NCBI GenBank assembly: GCA_034520945.1
Contig: JAXHNB010000008.1
Span: 143,125-207,124 of the forward strand
Length of the DNA: 64,000 nucleotides
Direction of reading: 5' to 3'
From: Trueperaceae bacterium
Lineage (GTDB): Bacteria > Deinococcota > Deinococci > Deinococcales > Trueperaceae
Positions 59,455 to 64,000 of the stretch are shown in pieces (position 1 is the first letter of the stretch; each line of letters starts with the position of its first letter). Both the position numbers and the translations under genes were made by a program. The notes under the pieces are model-generated. The model was not told the origin of the DNA. It was given only the letters and a program-made list of their open reading frames with translations, and made no database searches.

Positions 59455-59961
59455 CGGGGCCGCTCGCGGCGCTTCATGCGGGGCCGACGTCGTTGCGGTT
59501 GCGCCTCATGTTCCCTCCCTAGTGTGGCCTCGATTGGGCCTGCAGTGACGAGTACGGCACACTACTGCGCGCCGTCTGACGAGACGAGCACGGCACCGGG
59601 GCGGATCGGCCACGGCGGGGCGACGGGCGATGCCGTAAGGCAACACGCCCAACGCTACCTTTTGCATGCGACAGGGGGCGACCTGCGTCCGTCGTCGCGT
59701 ATGCGGGGGCGGCAACGACCGCCGTCACCGTTGGCCGAAACCGCGGAATTCTTCGTCGAAAACGGCAGCTGACGCGCTTGACAATGGCCCGGACGATCGT
59801 GCAACAATACTTCATCTGCTCGCGTCGAATATGCACTGAGGTCCCTACGCCCGCGCATCCGAGGCCAGTGAGGAAGTCACCGTGAACCCATCACGAAGGC
59901 AGTACCGTTCGATTCGAAACGAGGCGGCAGCCAGCGCGCAGCGCCGCCGCCGGTGGAAACC

Positions 59962-60399
59962 ATGATCGCTGCGATGCGTACCAGCGAGACGTGGACGGAC
60001 CGCGCGATCGAGATCATCCGCGTGGTCATGCTGCTGCTCGTGCTCATCGGTTGGGTCATGTACCCCGTCGAGTTGTTCCTCCTCGACCATTGGACGGAGG
60101 CCTGGAGGTCCAGGATCCCGTTCCTCGTGTCCATCCCGGGCTTGCTGCTCACGCTGTACGTGTTGTTCGACCGGACCACGCCGATCGTGCGGTTCCTGTT
60201 CGTGCTCACCATGTGGGTGTCGATCGTCACGGGCCTGGTGGGCAGCTATTACCACATCATCTGGAACTTCGCCGGGGACATCGAATGGACGTTCGAGGAA
60301 ACGATGAAGGCCGTCGCGGGGTGGCGACCGACGATGGCCGCGATGGCGTACACGCACATGGGCGTGACCGGCCTGCTCGCCATTTGGAGGGCGCGATGA
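59962..60399 (+). CDS. Four-helix membrane protein with conserved His
   Basis: Hydrophobic helices; DHW, RIP, TGLVG..YH, RP.MA...THMG. Confidence 0.75.
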   Translation: MIAAMRTSETWTDRAIEIIRVVMLLLVLIGWVMYPVELFLLDHWTEAWRSRIPFLVSIPGLLLTLYVLFDRTTPIVRFLFVLTMWVSIVTGLVGSYYHIIWNFAGDIEWTFEETMKAVAGWRPTMAAMAYTHMGVTGLLAIWRAR

Positions 60400-60460
60400 C
60401 CCTTTCGCATCGGCCGCTGCACGCGTTCGTGGTTCCCACGGCGTCCGGTTCGGGGTCCTC

Positions 60461-61015
60461 ATGATCCGGGCGATCGTCGAGGCCGAGTCGCAGAAGCGGC
60501 GGTTCCTCGAGCTCCTCCGCGCCATCTTCCTGCTGATCGCCGCCGGCGGCTTCGTGTTCTATGGCGTCGACCACTGGGTGATCGAGCACTACGCGACCGA
60601 CGTACTGCACTGGAGCGCGCGAATCCCGCTGTGGGTTTCGGTCGTCGGCTTCCCGCTGACGATGCTGGCGTTCTTCACGCTGAGTCGCTGGGTGGTCTAT
60701 CCGTTGATCCTCTGGATGATCGTCAGCGTCCTCACCGGGCTCGTCGGCACCGTGTTGCACCTGTTCTACAACGCGGCGGGAGCGCAAGTCTCCGTGTTCA
60801 CGCTCAGCGGGTTCGCGGCGGCGATGGACGGCTACCGCCCCGTGATGGCGGCGCTCGCCCACACGCATGTCGGCTTCGTCGGGCTCATCCCCCTGCTGAC
60901 CCTGGAAGGGCTGCCATGGACGCCCAAGCCATCGAAGCGCGGAGAGGCTGAAACCGACGCGGAGGGCGGCACGCACGACAGCTCGTTCGCCAGGTACGAG
61001 AGGGGTAGACCGTGA
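60461..61015 (+). CDS. Paralogous four-helix membrane protein with conserved His
   Basis: DHW, RIP, TGLVG.VLH, RPVMA..AHTHVG; stop overlaps cytochrome start. Confidence 0.75.
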   Translation: MIRAIVEAESQKRRFLELLRAIFLLIAAGGFVFYGVDHWVIEHYATDVLHWSARIPLWVSVVGFPLTMLAFFTLSRWVVYPLILWMIVSVLTGLVGTVLHLFYNAAGAQVSVFTLSGFAAAMDGYRPVMAALAHTHVGFVGLIPLLTLEGLPWTPKPSKRGEAETDAEGGTHDSSFARYERGRP

Positions 61016-63280
61016 AACGCGCACCGAGAATCATCGTGACCTCGATCGTGGTGCTGGCCGCGGCGGGACTCGTCGCCTGGCAGGCACCCTCCTTCGACGC
61101 CGTTCTGGCGCAGGGCGCGCAGCAGGTCGAGAGCCCGCACGTCTTGGAGGTTCCGTTCCTGGAGGAATGGGACGCGTCGGGGCATGCCGCGTTCCTGTCC
61201 GAGTCGTTCCGCCATTGGGACGACGAAGGTGCGGTGCCGGAGAACTGCGCCGGCTGTCACACCAGTGAGGGCTATCGCGATCTCGTCGGCGCCGACGGCA
61301 GTGCCGTGGGCAGCGTCGAGTCCGACGCCACGCCGAGCGTGATCACGTGCGTGGCGTGCCACAACGATGCCACGGTGAACCTGGACGCGGTCACGATGCC
61401 CTCGGGCGTGGAGATCGGCGGCCTTGGCAACGAAGCGGTCTGCATGGGGTGCCACCAAGGGCGCGACAGCGGAGACGACGTGGCGGCAGCGATCGAGGAG
61501 GCTGGCGTCGACGACCCCGACGCCGTGAGCGAGGAGCTCGGGTTCATGCAACCCCACTACCTCGTCGCCGCAGCCACGCAGTACGGCGCCGAGGCAAGGG
61601 GCGGCGTCCACTACGAGGATCGCAGCTACGACGTGGCGTTCGAGCACGTGGACGGCTACGCGACCTGCACTGAATGCCACGACTCGCATTCGACCCGCAT
61701 CGACGTGTCGAGTTGTCAGGGCTGCCACGAAGACGTCAACGAGCCGGCCGACGTGCGAAGGATCCGCACGTTGGGTTCCGAGGTCGACTACGACGGCGAC
61801 GGCAACGTCAAGGAAGGGATCTATCACGAGGTCCAGGGCGTCAAGGCCCTGTTGCTCGACCAGATTCGGCGCTACGCCGGCGAGGTGGCCGGCACGCCGG
61901 TCGTGTACAGCGGCCAGGCCTACCCGTACTTCTTCACTGATCAGAACGAAAACGCCCAGCTCGACGAAGACGAGGCGAGCTATCCCAACCGGTATCAAGC
62001 CTGGACGCCGCGCCTGGTGCGGGCCGTGTTCAACTATCAACTCGTCGCCAAGGACCCCGGCGCCTACGCGCACAACGCCAAGTACGTGATCCAACTCATG
62101 CACGATTCCATCGTCGACCTCGGCGAGGCGCTGGATGGCACGCAACAGGAGGAGCAGGAGGAGACCGCGCGCGCCCCGGGCAGCGGCCTGCTGGCGAGCG
62201 CGCCCTCGAGCACCATTTTCGACGGCGATCGCGCGGCCCTGGCGCGCCTGGTGCAGGCGCAGCAGGATCCCTTCCAGGGGATTCAGCGCGACGACGCCCC
62301 CCACTTCCGGGGCAGCGACGACGCGTTCCGGCATTGGGACGAGGACGGTGCCGTACCCGGATCGTGCAGCAAGTGCCACAGCGGAGAAGGTCTGCCGTTC
62401 TTCCTCCGCGAGGGAGTCACCGCGTCACAGCCGCTCGCGAACGGCCTCCAGTGCAAGACCTGCCACACCGATCTCGACACGTTCAGCGTCTACGAGCCCG
62501 AAGAGGTCGCATTCCCGAGCGGCGCCGTGCACGCCTTCGAGGCCACCGACAGCAACCTCTGCGCCAGTTGCCACCAAGGCCGGGAATCGGGCCGGAGCAT
62601 CGTGGACGCCACCGAAGGCCTCGACGACGATCAGATCAGCGAGCAGCTCTCGTTCATCAACCCGCACTACTTCGCAGCCGCGGCCACGCGCTTCGGATCG
62701 GAAGCGCAGGGCATGTACGAGTACCCGGACGCGACCTACGCCGGGCTGTACGAGCACCGGCAAGGGCCCGACCGCGGCCCGACGCAGTGCACCGAGTGCC
62801 ACACCCCCCACACGCAAGAGATCCAAGCGGACGGCTGCAACGAGTGCCACGACGCCGGAACCGTCGGCGCGCTCGACACGATCCGGGAGCGTCAAGCGGA
62901 CTTCGACGGGGACGGAGACACGGGCGAAGGGATCGCGCACGAGATCCGCACCATGCAGGAGACCTTGTACGGCGCGCTGCTGGACTACGCCCGAGATACG
63001 GTCGGTACGCCCATCGTCTACGACGAGAGCTCCTACCCCTACTTCTTCGTGGACACGAACGGAAACGGCGAGGTGGACGCCGGCGAAGCCGCCTACCCGA
63101 ACCGCTACCAGGCAATGGACGCCCAAACTGCTTCGCGGCGCCTACAACTTCCAGTACGTCCAGAAGGACCCGGGCATCTACGTCCACAACCCGACCTACG
63201 CCCTCCAGGCCCTCTACGACACCCTGCAAGACTTCGGCGTGGACACGAGCGCGATGGTGCGGCCGGGCTCAGAGAACTGA
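61012..63280 (+). CDS. Decaheme c-type cytochrome (two tandem 5-heme modules), frameshift near 3' end
   Basis: Signal peptide; 10 CxxCH (CAGCH, CVACH, CMGCH, CTECH, CQGCH, CSKCH, CKTCH, CASCH, CTECH, CNECH); extra A at ~63115, after which WTPKLLRGAYNFQYVQKDPG matches module 1. Confidence 0.9.
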
Positions 63281-63413
63281 CGGCTCGACGCGGGTCCGCG
63301 CGTAACGGCCACGGGGCGGCTTTCGGGTCGCTCGTGTCCGCTCTGCGTCCTACGCGCCCCTGGCCGTGCCCACAGCCCGCCGTTCCCAGTTTCGTGGAAC
63401 ACTGGGATCGAGC

Positions 63414-64000
63414 ATGACGTGCCGCGAGGCGATCCATGACGTGTTTCCGGACGACGGCACGATCCTGACGACGAACGAAGTCGTGCAGCGGGTCTACGCA
63501 CACCACCCGGGTGCGACGTGGACACGTGGCACCATCGGGACCTACCTGATCGGCCTCAGCGTCAACCACTCGTCTGGGCATCACTATCCAAGCCTCCAAC
63601 GGCACGCGTTCCTGTACAGCCTCGGCAACGGACGCTACCGGCGCTGGGATCGCGCGCGGGACGGCGAATCGCCGCAACCCGCCGCCGCCAGACGGTCTGA
63701 GCAAGCGCCGGCCTTCCTCCGCAGGTCAAAGGGCGCCGCGCAAACCGGCGCCGTAGCGGAGCGCGCCCCCCGTACCCGCCCCGGACGCTCGCGGACGGAG
63801 GAGGACTGGCGACGCGCCCGTGCCGCGGTCGACGAAGAAGCGCGCGCCGAACTCGTCCGGCAGTTGGCGCACGACATCGAGGCGGAGCCGTTCCAGCCGC
63901 GCTACCGGCGCGAGCCGTACGGAAAGCCGGTCACCGGCTGGCGCGCGCGGTACCTGAGCTACTTCTGGCCGAGGCCATCCATGGACGTGAAAGCCACCGT
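63414..64000 (+). CDS. Hypothetical protein with N-terminal wHTH-like domain, 3' partial
   Basis: MTCREAIHDVF...TIGTYLIGLSVNHSS.HHYP....FLY.LGNGRYR; open to window end, so absent from ORF track. Confidence 0.65.
   Translation, partial: MTCREAIHDVFPDDGTILTTNEVVQRVYAHHPGATWTRGTIGTYLIGLSVNHSSGHHYPSLQRHAFLYSLGNGRYRRWDRARDGESPQPAAARRSEQAPAFLRRSKGAAQTGAVAERAPRTRPGRSRTEEDWRRARAAVDEEARAELVRQLAHDIEAEPFQPRYRREPYGKPVTGWRARYLSYFWPRPSMDVKAT

Noticed and set aside
46507..59772. Very long antisense or alternate-frame ORFs (46507-49263, 53481-56024, 57136-59772)
   Set aside because: Arg/Pro/Ala-rich shadows of real genes, expected in high-GC DNA; no motifs
59778..59808. Promoter for the cytochrome operon (TTGACA at 59778)
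   Set aside because: No convincing -10 at 16-18 bp spacing

Overview
High-GC bacterial window; recurrent TANNNT-N6-start (leaderless) promoters and gene content suggest Deinococcota (inference). 1-4111: end of an N-acetylhexosamine utilisation operon (ABC permease, GH84 O-GlcNAcase-like, GNAT, SIS, BadF-type kinase). About 4.3-36.6 kb: defence island with IS4/ISL3 scars, many toxin-antitoxin remnants, a multi-reader McrBC, HigBA, MazG plus a truncated partner, a CBASS operon (patatin, unexplained 77-aa ORF, CD-NTase, E2/SEC-C), a stop-interrupted RelE-UvrD fusion, a GmrSD-Schlafen fusion and a complete type 1 BREX followed after 43 bp by an Abi/UG-class reverse transcriptase with an FKDD motif. 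36.6-40.7 kb: divergent cluster of MerR-HTH and vWA-Macro fusion opposite a Tyr/His 18-aa-repeat miniprotein and two CDKN3-like phosphatases. 40.7-53.5 kb: mosaic of lipoproteins, membrane proteins, duplicated gene fragments and more TA loci. 53.5-64 kb: frameshifted AddAB-like pair, two His-conserved membrane proteins with a decaheme cytochrome, and a partial ORF. The best candidates for undescribed systems are BREX+RT, the vWA-Macro/phosphatase/Tyr-repeat cluster and the CBASS small ORF. All family calls come from motif reading, not database searches.
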